From sequence record NC_048170.1: DNA of 64,000 nucleotides. The stretch is one strand, 5' to 3'. The number at the start of each line of letters is the position of its first letter. Position 1 is the first letter of the stretch. The translations under genes were made by a program, and so were the position numbers. Below the pieces are notes generated by a model that ran no database searches, was not told where the DNA came from, and worked only from the letters and a program-made list of their open reading frames with translations. This document shows positions 17,405 through 26,454 of this stretch, one piece after another.

Positions 17405-17603
17405 TAAGCACATAGAGCAATAGTATGGGTTTTGTACAGCTCGGCTATTGCTCTTCTACAATTTGGTTGTAACAATCTGCGTGGTTGCACGCTTATCTTT
17501 CTCATTGAGCGCTTCGTATGAAGCGTGGTGTTGAAAGGGTTGTGGATCTCCTCAAGCGGCCAGGGACCCAGACCAACCTGAATAAACACAAACAAACCTT
17601 AAG

Positions 17604-17636
17604 CCCCTCCTCAGCCCTTATCGGGTTGGGGAGGGG
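17604..17636. terminator. Hairpin family variant between convergent genes
   Basis: cccctcc...gccc-ttatc-gggt...gggagggg. Confidence 0.7.
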
Positions 17637-17699
17637 TCTTATACGTCTTTATGCGTTTCGTTCGTTCTGGAGCGTTTTAGGGCGGTTTACGACAGGGTT

Positions 17700-18335
17700 T
17701 TATTCAACACTGAAACCATTCAAACAGATAGCTTCATAACGCTTACGTTCACGACGTTTACGCGCCTGCCAGCCGTAAATAAACTTCTCGTCTTTCTCAC
17801 GACGTTCAGCTAATTCGATGTAATAGGTGCTCTGCATATCCAGCATCGCATCGATGAGATAATCCTTACCGGTTGCGCCACGCTTAGCGATATAAGCATC
17901 AAGAGCCGCCAGTGTTTTGGGGCCCATTGCGCCATCAGCGTCGATATCTTTCCAGTAAGTTTGACGGTTGTTCATGACGTTCAGGTAACGCTGGAGGTTC
18001 TTAACCGCAACCGTTTTACCTGCATTGATACCCAGGTCAAAGAGACGGTCAGCTAAAAACACAGAACGTTTCATGACGTCATCAAGTTTCATTTTATCCC
18101 AGAAATGGGTCTTGTAGATAAAGAACGCCATTTCCGTGGTAAGGTTACGCATGTTACCGTTCCAGCCGAATTTCGTTTTCAGCGTGGTTTTGTATTGATC
18201 AGCAAGCGCTTGCGTAATGCCGTGGTTTGTACATTTTCCGCTGTCGTCTGGGTCATCAACATACCCGCCTTCAACATCGGTTTTGTCGCGAATGATGAAT
18301 TCGCAGGTAAAATCTTTTTCAGTAATCTTAGCCAT
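17700..18335 (-). CDS. Endolysin, glycoside hydrolase family 108 with C-terminal peptidoglycan-binding domain
   Basis: EGGYVDDPDDSG..TNHGIT catalytic motif; DLGINAG; DG.MGPKTL; FIYGW. Confidence 0.92.
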   Translation of the reverse strand: MAKITEKDFTCEFIIRDKTDVEGGYVDDPDDSGKCTNHGITQALADQYKTTLKTKFGWNGNMRNLTTEMAFFIYKTHFWDKMKLDDVMKRSVFLADRLFDLGINAGKTVAVKNLQRYLNVMNNRQTYWKDIDADGAMGPKTLAALDAYIAKRGATGKDYLIDAMLDMQSTYYIELAERREKDEKFIYGWQARKRRERKRYEAICLNGFSVE

Positions 18336-18461
18336 TAGAACTCCTCGTTGGAATAACGATTTAGAGGAACAGGAAGGGTCTAGAACGCGATAAACGATTT
18401 AATCCAGGCAAACCCCAGGTTAAACTTTTCGAAGCGTTACAACGCGTTCTAGAACGTTGAA

Positions 18462-20510
18462 TTAAATACCCTTGGTTCCTTTCACGTGATGTGCGATTTC
18501 TTCAACCATTGCACGCAGAGCACGAAGCTGTTGGTCGTGTTCGTACCAACCACCTAACAGAACCCCGCTATACACCATGGTGTCAAGACTTAACAGTCCT
18601 TTATCTGATACGTTGATCATTTCAGGGAACTGTTCTTGAACACGCTGTGCGATAACACCGATCTTCTCGACATCAGGATCGTAGTTGTGACGGAAACGGG
18701 CAAGCCCACTGCGCGCCATTTCACGTAAACGTTCACTGAGAGATTCCGGATGATCTTTCAGATAACGAATGTCGTGTTTACTACGTTCATCCGAGCGAAT
18801 GTAAGCGTTAGGAACATCGATATTGCTGTTGAAGTACAGCGCACTACCACCGCCTGCAGAGTTCCCCCAATAGAAGCGTGTGATCTCACCGCCGCCATTT
18901 TCCGTGATGATAACATGTTTACCTAAACGCGTACCACCATTACCATCAACGAAGACCAGTTTGTTTCCGCTGTAAGAACCCCAGAACAAGCGTGTATCGA
19001 TGATGTGTGTTGCAGCGAGACGGGCGTTACGTGGTGTAGAATACACGGTGTTAACATCTTGCTGCGCATGTGCATCGGAAGCGATACCATAGTTCTGTAC
19101 GTTACCCAATCCCACCTGCGCTTTCGTAACAGCGTGAGGGTTATCCCGACGGTTAGCGTGAGCGTTAACCAGATCACCCGCTAATTTCTGAATTGCCCAG
19201 TTGGTAGACTGTGGTGTCATGTAACGGTTCGTTGCAGAACCACCTTGCGCTTCAGCTTGGTTAGCGGTTGGGTAGTTCTCAACACTTCCTAACCCTACTT
19301 GTGCTTTAGACACTTGGTGTGGGTTATTCTTGTCAGCGATATGCGCATTAAGCGGAACTAACGCAAAGGTCTCAATGGACGCTTTGGTTGTGTTCGGTGC
19401 CATTAATCGGTTAGCTGCAACACCGGCACGCGCTTCTTCTTCAGAAGCCATTGGGTAGTCTTGCACATTCCCCAACCCAACCTGCGCTTTGGTTACCCTG
19501 TGTGGGTTGTTGTAATCGGCTTTATGCGCATTAAGTGGGATCAATGCGAACTGTTCAATCGATGCAGCGGTGCGTAGCGGCGTCATGAAACGGTTGTTCG
19601 CTGTTCCGGCTTTCGCCTCTTCATCCGAAGCGGTCGGGAAGTTATCAACGTTCCCAAGGTTAACCTGTGCTTTGGTGACGCTATGTGGGTTATCCCGACG
19701 GTTAGCATGCGCGTCGACCAGATCACCCGCCAGTTTAGCAATCGCCCAGCCAACCGTCTGTGCGGTCATGTAGCGGTCAGGTGCAGTACCGGCTTCTGCC
19801 TCCGCCTTGTTTGCGGTAGGATAGTTCTGTACGTTACCTAGTCCGACTTGGGCTTTTGTTACTTCGTGTGGGTTATCGGTACGGTTAGCATGCGCGTAAT
19901 GCAGATCGGTCAGATCTTTATCCGCCGCTTGCATGTCTTTGCGTAGCTGATCGATTGCCGCCCAGAGACGGTTATCGGACGCAGCATCACCGATAAGTAT
20001 TGCGGCTTTTAACGAATAGATCGCTAAGCAAAGATGTTCGGTACCGTAAATAGCACTAACGTGGTGGATGTGTGGCTCAGGCGGATAAAGTTCCGGTTTG
20101 TTCTTGATGTCATCCCAGTTGATCGGACGATCGTCAAGTTTGAGTTCTTCGATAGCCTGATATAACGCGTCAATAAGACTTACGTAAACACCACCGATGA
20201 TACGATAGTCGTTAACTAACGTCCCCTCGATATCATCGTTGATAATGGCGATGGCTGCACAGATTTCTTTACCCGCGTAAAGCGTTGCATCCTGGTACAA
20301 GAAAATGGGTTTATAATCCACGCCTCGTACCAGTGTCTTACCGGTAAGCTTTTCAGTGATGACCAGACTTTCGGTGAAGAACGGTCCGCCATCAAGGGCG
20401 TAACATTTATTCTCGGTTCGTGGAACGGTATGCTCTTCACCAACGATGTGGTTGCTGGCGAGTGTACCGGTCCAGTCCTCGGGGTACTTCAGGGTAATTG
20501 GTGTCGACAT
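18462..20510 (-). CDS. Tail fibre with five NPH repeats and a C-terminal intramolecular chaperone (peptidase S74-like)
   Basis: 5x HxxxxxNPHxV(T/S)KAQVxLGxV; SDERSK auto-cleavage motif; IGVIAQRVQEQFPEMI. Confidence 0.88.
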   Translation of the reverse strand: MSTPITLKYPEDWTGTLASNHIVGEEHTVPRTENKCYALDGGPFFTESLVITEKLTGKTLVRGVDYKPIFLYQDATLYAGKEICAAIAIINDDIEGTLVNDYRIIGGVYVSLIDALYQAIEELKLDDRPINWDDIKNKPELYPPEPHIHHVSAIYGTEHLCLAIYSLKAAILIGDAASDNRLWAAIDQLRKDMQAADKDLTDLHYAHANRTDNPHEVTKAQVGLGNVQNYPTANKAEAEAGTAPDRYMTAQTVGWAIAKLAGDLVDAHANRRDNPHSVTKAQVNLGNVDNFPTASDEEAKAGTANNRFMTPLRTAASIEQFALIPLNAHKADYNNPHRVTKAQVGLGNVQDYPMASEEEARAGVAANRLMAPNTTKASIETFALVPLNAHIADKNNPHQVSKAQVGLGSVENYPTANQAEAQGGSATNRYMTPQSTNWAIQKLAGDLVNAHANRRDNPHAVTKAQVGLGNVQNYGIASDAHAQQDVNTVYSTPRNARLAATHIIDTRLFWGSYSGNKLVFVDGNGGTRLGKHVIITENGGGEITRFYWGNSAGGGSALYFNSNIDVPNAYIRSDERSKHDIRYLKDHPESLSERLREMARSGLARFRHNYDPDVEKIGVIAQRVQEQFPEMINVSDKGLLSLDTMVYSGVLLGGWYEHDQQLRALRAMVEEIAHHVKGTKGI

Positions 20511-20523
20511 AACCTGGAGGTCC

Positions 20524-23127
20524 TTATAACGTGACTGTACCTAATTTGGTTGTCTTATTGAGATTAATGACAGAGATCTGGGTATCGCTGGTCGTAATCG
20601 TTCCGATATTAACGCGCTGTCCTTTATCATCTTCTTGCTTGTAGATGGTTAACTCCAGCTCTAACTGATTACCATTAGGAACAACGGAAACGTACCATGT
20701 TTTATTACCTGGTGAACTATTATAGTCTTTTAGGTTATAATGGCCTTTAGGTAAGGTCATGACCTTACCGGCAAACAAGCAAGTGATGTCTTCGTTGATG
20801 TAGATATCGTAACCGGAAGCAGCAACGACCGTAGAAACCATGTAACGGTTTTTAACAGCGAGAGCTTTATATTCCGCAACGGAATTACCGACAGCGTTAA
20901 AGACCTGCCCGCCATTACCCATCACCGTAGAGACTGCGGTATCAACATAACCGATTCCCCACACCGGATGCACGTTCCAGCGATAGCCGCTTGTCTGTAG
21001 GTAAGCATACATACCTTCAAATGCGATGGTTGTCCAGTTCCCATCGTTTTGTCGTCCAGCTCGGAACTGATAGGTGTTCTGGTTCCCTGCAGACTGACGG
21101 GAGTACGGAACATGTCCCGCAACAAGCCATCCATCACTAACCTTCTTGTAAGCTAATACACCCCAGGCAGCATCCTGACTACCGATATTTGTTGAATCGG
21201 GTTCTTCGACATAACCCAGCAATTTGGTTACGCCCGTCACCGTAATAGCGCCTTTACGCGCGGATACGGTAACCTCTGCAGCGATTCGTCCATGTACGCG
21301 TGTGCTGGTATTACAGCCAGCAACAAACAGGATACAGGGTGCGTTTGTACCATCTGGAGGCACTGCTAACGCATGTCGCCACTGACTTACCCCTGATAAC
21401 TTAGATCCTGTATATGCGTTCCACACAAGCTGACCGCCTGCCTGCAGATTCGCTGCGGTTATGCTGATGGCTTCACCGGATGGTGCAAGTTTGGTTGCAT
21501 CGTAACCGATTTTGCTTGTTAGGACCGCATCGGTTAAATAAGACCCGCTAACCACCGTATTGTCATCGCTTAAATGCACGGTTAGGAAAGGTAACGACAT
21601 TTGACCCGTTCTAACCACCACGTTGTTGGAAGGCGGAAAACCGTAAACATTAATACCCTCGCCCTGATAATGGTAATTGAGGTTCCAGTCATAGGTCACT
21701 AGACGAGCCTCAAAATTACCCTGTCCGCCAGCCGTACGCGAGTTAACAAAAACCTTGTTCTTAGAAAAGAAACCCAGGTAACCATGGGACGCGAGTGCAC
21801 CAACGACGCGATCCCCGACGCTTTTCCAGTTTGAATCGTACTGTCTTCCACCGGTCGGGCCGAGTTTGGCGAGTTCGTCGAACACGTTTCCAGAGAAACC
21901 ATTGATGGTGTACGATCTCGCTTGGGGGGCGGATAAGTTGTCGTTTTGGATAAGGGCTACCTGACCACGTTCGTTGATTTCGATATTCCCGGTACCGTTA
22001 CCCGAACCCCATTGCCAGAAACCATCGTTATATGCACTTGTCCCCTCCGTTGTGTTGGAAGGTCCTATCCAGTCAATACCGCTGCTGGTTGACGTGTAAG
22101 TCGATTGTCCAGCGCCTGGGTTCATGCTGTAACTGTTGTTGGCGGTTTCGAAATCCAGATAAAACTGATGCAGCCCATTTTTATTCTTGTTATTGCGGTT
22201 GTTCGTCCACCACGCCGAAGCAATCAGAATGCGTGCTTTAGTGCCTTTGGTTGCTGCAAGCAGACGAATCTGGGCACGCCAGACGATTTGACCGATCCCG
22301 TCAGAAGGGAAATCGTTCGCAGTTATGCGGTTGCAGACAATCATCTCGGCGCTGTTGCTTATTGCCGTTCCTTCTATCGTTCTACCGCTAATATTCGTAA
22401 GCTGTGTAGCTGCTACGCTGCCACCGCTGGGACCGATGGAAGATTTAGTTACGGTATAAACATTTAAGTAGAGTTTATAACTGTTAGTGCCAGCAATAGC
22501 GATGTAGATTTTACCGTTAATTTCCCAACAGCAGACATTCGGTGACGTATCAACAAAGTTGGCAAGACTACCATCGAGATACATGGCGACGTGTTTGGAT
22601 GCATCAAACGTTCCGTCTGTCAATGCGATAAACATTTTAGGGCTGCTACCGTCTTCAAAAGCAGCTTGACCTAACATGATACCGTTCTGGTGACAGTATA
22701 TCGCCGTAGGAATACGGTCGAGCGTCGCGGGTTCATAACGACGACTGGTTGGGATAACTTCGGTGATTTGCCCGTTTTGATCTGTTTTACAGATAACGTA
22801 GTAAACCCCTTTCTTTACGCTGTTTGTTGCTGAACGCAATAACACGATGGTACCGTCCGATTCACGACATACGCCGTAACGACGGTATCTGTCGTTTAGG
22901 GAGATAGCACCATCAGCGGAGCCTTCAATTGCCAGAGGAAAATAACTTTGGTCCCCAACCTGTTCGATATCGGTTACGCCAATATCGATGTATTTTTCCA
23001 TCTCGGCGTTGAACTCAGCGGTACTGTAGGCCCCAAGATCACTCGCTTTTAGTCCCGTTGGGTTGTCGCGACTGGCGATACGCGTAGTAACGCTACTCAC
23101 CAGTTCGCTGAACTTTTTCATTGCCAT
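20524..23127 (-). CDS. Large tail-fibre/baseplate-associated protein (867 aa)
   Basis: N-terminus (RDNPTGLKASDLGA) and C-terminus resemble the neighbouring 171-aa and 161-aa ORFs; G/S/N/T-rich beta-type body. Confidence 0.75.
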   Translation of the reverse strand: MAMKKFSELVSSVTTRIASRDNPTGLKASDLGAYSTAEFNAEMEKYIDIGVTDIEQVGDQSYFPLAIEGSADGAISLNDRYRRYGVCRESDGTIVLLRSATNSVKKGVYYVICKTDQNGQITEVIPTSRRYEPATLDRIPTAIYCHQNGIMLGQAAFEDGSSPKMFIALTDGTFDASKHVAMYLDGSLANFVDTSPNVCCWEINGKIYIAIAGTNSYKLYLNVYTVTKSSIGPSGGSVAATQLTNISGRTIEGTAISNSAEMIVCNRITANDFPSDGIGQIVWRAQIRLLAATKGTKARILIASAWWTNNRNNKNKNGLHQFYLDFETANNSYSMNPGAGQSTYTSTSSGIDWIGPSNTTEGTSAYNDGFWQWGSGNGTGNIEINERGQVALIQNDNLSAPQARSYTINGFSGNVFDELAKLGPTGGRQYDSNWKSVGDRVVGALASHGYLGFFSKNKVFVNSRTAGGQGNFEARLVTYDWNLNYHYQGEGINVYGFPPSNNVVVRTGQMSLPFLTVHLSDDNTVVSGSYLTDAVLTSKIGYDATKLAPSGEAISITAANLQAGGQLVWNAYTGSKLSGVSQWRHALAVPPDGTNAPCILFVAGCNTSTRVHGRIAAEVTVSARKGAITVTGVTKLLGYVEEPDSTNIGSQDAAWGVLAYKKVSDGWLVAGHVPYSRQSAGNQNTYQFRAGRQNDGNWTTIAFEGMYAYLQTSGYRWNVHPVWGIGYVDTAVSTVMGNGGQVFNAVGNSVAEYKALAVKNRYMVSTVVAASGYDIYINEDITCLFAGKVMTLPKGHYNLKDYNSSPGNKTWYVSVVPNGNQLELELTIYKQEDDKGQRVNIGTITTSDTQISVINLNKTTKLGTVTL

Positions 23128-23139
23128 TATTCACCTCGA

Positions 23140-23625
23140 TTAAATAGGCGAGTCGGGTAGCTGACCATCATCGATCTCGATGGTGGCCACCTTACGTGTT
23201 GCAGCAAGATGTGATGTACCCTGGATTTTGTTCCAGGTGCCGATACGCATGGCGTTTTTGTAGCTACTATCGCTATCGTTCAGCGTGTAAACAAAACCGC
23301 TATCGGTTACGGCAAGATAGATCCAGCCCACAGACTCACTGATACCAGACACATCCAAAGTCGTTGCTGGTACTGTCCCTACCACCGTGTTGTATTCCGC
23401 TGTACCTTGACCAATGCTGATCCGCCCGTTGCTGTAACTGGCTGCCGGAAGCGTTTTATTTCGACTGAAGAAAAGAAACGGAAGGTAACGCTGGGTAACA
23501 AGCGGTGCAAGTTTAGGAGCCACTTCGGTCTTAACGTAGACATCTGTTTGTTCTGGCGTTACCTCGTGAGGGTTCTTTTGGGTAAGATACGTCCCCCATT
23601 CAGAAAGCAGTGTTGATAGCTTCAT
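23140..23625 (-). CDS. Small tail-fibre-associated protein (161 aa)
   Basis: Single KNPHEVT unit; within the fibre operon. Confidence 0.75.
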   Translation of the reverse strand: MKLSTLLSEWGTYLTQKNPHEVTPEQTDVYVKTEVAPKLAPLVTQRYLPFLFFSRNKTLPAASYSNGRISIGQGTAEYNTVVGTVPATTLDVSGISESVGWIYLAVTDSGFVYTLNDSDSSYKNAMRIGTWNKIQGTSHLAATRKVATIEIDDGQLPDSPI

Positions 23626-23629
23626 GCGG

Positions 23630-24145
23630 TTACCCCATGTAACGTTTTTGGCCGAGGATGAAGACTTTGTTGAATACCACCGAAGTGATTCCTGTTGCGT
23701 TACAGCTCACCTGCCCGACGCGAATTGCTGTTGACGTATCGACCCCAGCACTACTCTGCCAGATCCAATCGATCGATCCGTCTTTCTGACGAATGAAAAG
23801 ATAACCGGTTTTGTTCGCCCAGTCGGAAGTAAGTTTTTTGATGTCTAGCGTTCCTTTCGCCAGAATATAGTCGGTACCGGCGATCATGACGGGTATTTCA
23901 GGATACGAGATTACCGTACCGCTGGCAGTAACGTTGCTGATGCGTTCGCTACGAATATCGGTACAGTCACCGAAATACGCTACGGGGAGTATCCCCTTAG
24001 GGAGCTTTTTGCCGATTCTCGTATCGATCGTGTTTTTATCGGGTGCGCCGATTTGTGCTGCGGTGACTTGGTTAGGGTTATCCTTCCTTGTGTACCAAGT
24101 CGTCATGCGAGCACCTAATTCACTCATTTTTGTGCCCATTTTCAC
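23630..24145 (-). CDS. Small tail-fibre-associated protein (~171 aa)
   Basis: KDNPNQVTAAQIGA unit; C-terminal similarity to the 867-aa protein. Confidence 0.75.
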   Translation of the reverse strand: MKMGTKMSELGARMTTWYTRKDNPNQVTAAQIGAPDKNTIDTRIGKKLPKGILPVAYFGDCTDIRSERISNVTASGTVISYPEIPVMIAGTDYILAKGTLDIKKLTSDWANKTGYLFIRQKDGSIDWIWQSSAGVDTSTAIRVGQVSCNATGITSVVFNKVFILGQKRYMG

Positions 24146-24173
24146 GTCCTATCGAAAAATAAAAAGAAGGAAA

Positions 24174-24190
24174 GGTGGGTAGAACCCACC
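24174..24190 (-). terminator. Probable terminator
   Basis: ggtgggt-aga-acccacc followed by a U-rich run on the minus strand. Confidence 0.55.
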
Positions 24191-24196
24191 CATCCG

Positions 24197-26350
24197 TTAT
24201 AACGTTTCGAAGTCGGTTGCTTTGATAACCGCGTTGAAGTTGGCAAGGAATTCCTTAAGCAGTGCTTGGAAGACATCACGAAACGCTGTGTTCGTCTGCA
24301 AGCTGGTTAAATAATCGTTCTTAAGGTAATCGCTCAGCTTACCGATCTTCTGCATCTTCTCGCCGTCTTGGTTCTCTCCAGGTTCTTGGCTGTTGATGTT
24401 AACCCATTTGATCCCTTCGAGATCGCCATCGGCAAGGAAGTTGGCGGGTGTCTCATCGTCGTTCAGGATTTTAATCGTATCACTGGATTCAATGCCACCG
24501 TAAGCTTCCAGAAGCTGGTTGACTGTTAGCTTATTGGTGTTGATTGAACCATTGACACCATCGATACCGATGCCTGCACCTGTGATGGATGTCGCCGAAA
24601 GATCGATCGGTCCGGTTAACTTACCACCGTTGATCGGTAACGCACCAACTTGCTCAGCGGTGTGTGTATGGTCAGCTAACGCCGCAAACGCCACGATAGA
24701 CTTATATGTCGAATACGGCGTCATATACGCTGATTGGTTGGTGTTGTCAGCCGCTTCAGTATCGGTAGCGATATTAAAGTTCTGCACGTTGCTGAGACCG
24801 ACCTGCACCTTCGTTACTTCATGCGGGTTGTTCTTATTGACAACGTGTGCTGCAAAACCATCACCAGCTAAAGCAGTGATTGCCGCTTTTGTCGCAGCCG
24901 GTGTCATATAGCGGTTGGTTGCTTCACCCGTTTGCGCCTCTTCGTCGGAAGCAACAGGATAGTTCTCAACGCTTCCCAAACCGACCTGAGATTTTGTTAC
25001 TTGGTGTGGGTTTTCGGTATTCGCAATATGACTACTGAACCCTTGACCCGCCAGTTGCTCGATTGCGTAACGAACAAGTATTGGTGTCATGTACTTGTTG
25101 TTAACTTGACCATCGATAGCTTCTTGGGTGGTGGCAACCCCGAAGTTTTGCACGCTCCCCAACCCAACTTGCGCTTTCGTAACAGCGTGGGGGTTATTGG
25201 TGTTACCGATGTGATCGGTAACCGTTGGGGTGATTAATCCTGCGATAGCGGCTGCCGTGGTCGCAGGGGTCATGTATTTATCGTTAGCAACACCCGCAGC
25301 AGCTTCTACGTTAGATGCTACACCGTAGTTCAATACATTTCCTAACCCAACCTGCGCCTTGGTTACCCCGTGGGGGTTGTTCTTGTCTCCGGTATGGGTT
25401 GTCAACGTAGCGTTAACGTTATCGATACGCGTGCTTAAGCTATCAGTGATTGCTTTGATTGCGGCTCGTACACCCGCTGGTGTTGTGTACAGATCTGTGG
25501 CCGTACCGGTAATGGTTGTATTACTATCGGCTACACCGTAGTTCTCAACGTTTCCGAGTCCCACCTGGGCTTTCGTTACCTTGTGTGGGTTGTTGTAGTT
25601 GCTGATGTGCGCAGCAGCACTATCACCACTCAGGTTAGCGATCATCTTACGCGTCATCGCCAACGTCATGTACAGATTTTCACCGATGGTTTCCAGATCG
25701 CTCTCGGTCGCCGTTGTGAAGTTCTGAACATTTCCTAACCCAACCTGCGCCTTGGTTACCCCGTGGGGGTTATCGCGACGATTCTCGTGCTGCAGCAATG
25801 CAGTCATTGCTTTATTGAACCCTTCTTCAAGCGGTTCTTTCAATGATTCGATTGCAGCCACCACATCGTCCCACGTCATTGTGTCGGTTTCGACATTATG
25901 TTGGTGGTTGATTGGCGGGAATACGGAAGGAACGTCAGCAACCTTTTCCCAGAACGTAACGCGAGGGTCGTAAAGGTTGTTGGCTAAAACGTTAAGAATT
26001 TGTTGTTGATCAAGTGTAAACTCACCCCCCAGTGAATAGTAGTTCAGTTGCAACTGTCCACTGAATGCGGTGTCCAACAGCATGATGGAACCGTATAATT
26101 CCAGGCCGGTCAGCGCAGCCATGGCACGGAAGGGGTGAGTGCATAAAAAGTCAACGCCTTCTTCCAGATACGCGTTTGTTTCAGGGTTGTAGATCTTTAA
26201 CCCATTGCGAAAATATGGCGCGTATTTAGGAACGAGAAAGTTAAATCCGGTCCCCGTGGAAGGACGGACAGTGACGAGTTCTTCTGGAACCCATGCGCCA
26301 TCCAAATTCCCCTGCGGGTTATACGGAAGGCGTTTAATTTCATCTGTCAT
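24197..26350 (-). CDS. Tail fibre with six NPH repeats (phiKZ gp145/gp146-like)
   Basis: 6x HxxxxxNPHxVTKxQVGLxxV; N-terminal attachment domain paralogous to the 682-aa fibre. Confidence 0.88.
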   Translation of the reverse strand: MTDEIKRLPYNPQGNLDGAWVPEELVTVRPSTGTGFNFLVPKYAPYFRNGLKIYNPETNAYLEEGVDFLCTHPFRAMAALTGLELYGSIMLLDTAFSGQLQLNYYSLGGEFTLDQQQILNVLANNLYDPRVTFWEKVADVPSVFPPINHQHNVETDTMTWDDVVAAIESLKEPLEEGFNKAMTALLQHENRRDNPHGVTKAQVGLGNVQNFTTATESDLETIGENLYMTLAMTRKMIANLSGDSAAAHISNYNNPHKVTKAQVGLGNVENYGVADSNTTITGTATDLYTTPAGVRAAIKAITDSLSTRIDNVNATLTTHTGDKNNPHGVTKAQVGLGNVLNYGVASNVEAAAGVANDKYMTPATTAAAIAGLITPTVTDHIGNTNNPHAVTKAQVGLGSVQNFGVATTQEAIDGQVNNKYMTPILVRYAIEQLAGQGFSSHIANTENPHQVTKSQVGLGSVENYPVASDEEAQTGEATNRYMTPAATKAAITALAGDGFAAHVVNKNNPHEVTKVQVGLSNVQNFNIATDTEAADNTNQSAYMTPYSTYKSIVAFAALADHTHTAEQVGALPINGGKLTGPIDLSATSITGAGIGIDGVNGSINTNKLTVNQLLEAYGGIESSDTIKILNDDETPANFLADGDLEGIKWVNINSQEPGENQDGEKMQKIGKLSDYLKNDYLTSLQTNTAFRDVFQALLKEFLANFNAVIKATDFETL
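25335..25771. repeat. Exact 44-bp direct repeat (25335-25378 and 25728-25771)
   Basis: acatttcctaacccaacctgcgccttggttaccccgtgggggtt is present twice. Confidence 0.9.
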
Positions 26351-26454
26351 GATGCGCCCTTTACAAGTTGTTAGTAAGTATGGGATACCCTGGGGTATCC
26401 TGTGTTAACAGCGGTAAAATATTACTGTAACTATAAAATAAGGGGGCCTCTCCC

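Noticed and set aside
17460-17582. HDV-like or hammerhead ribozyme
   Set aside because: I could not fit the HDV P1/P1.1/P3 topology or a CUGAnGA...GAAA core on either strand; kept only as a generic ncRNA candidate.
18379-18453. 11-bp inverted repeat (tctagaacgcg/cgcgttctaga) upstream of the endolysin
   Set aside because: Real, but a single instance with a 53-nt spacer and no supporting motif; may be an mRNA stem, and I cannot assign a function.
18462-26350. Diversity-generating retroelement or invertase-based fibre switching
   Set aside because: No reverse transcriptase, recombinase, adenine-specific template/variable repeat pair or inverted crossover sites seen.
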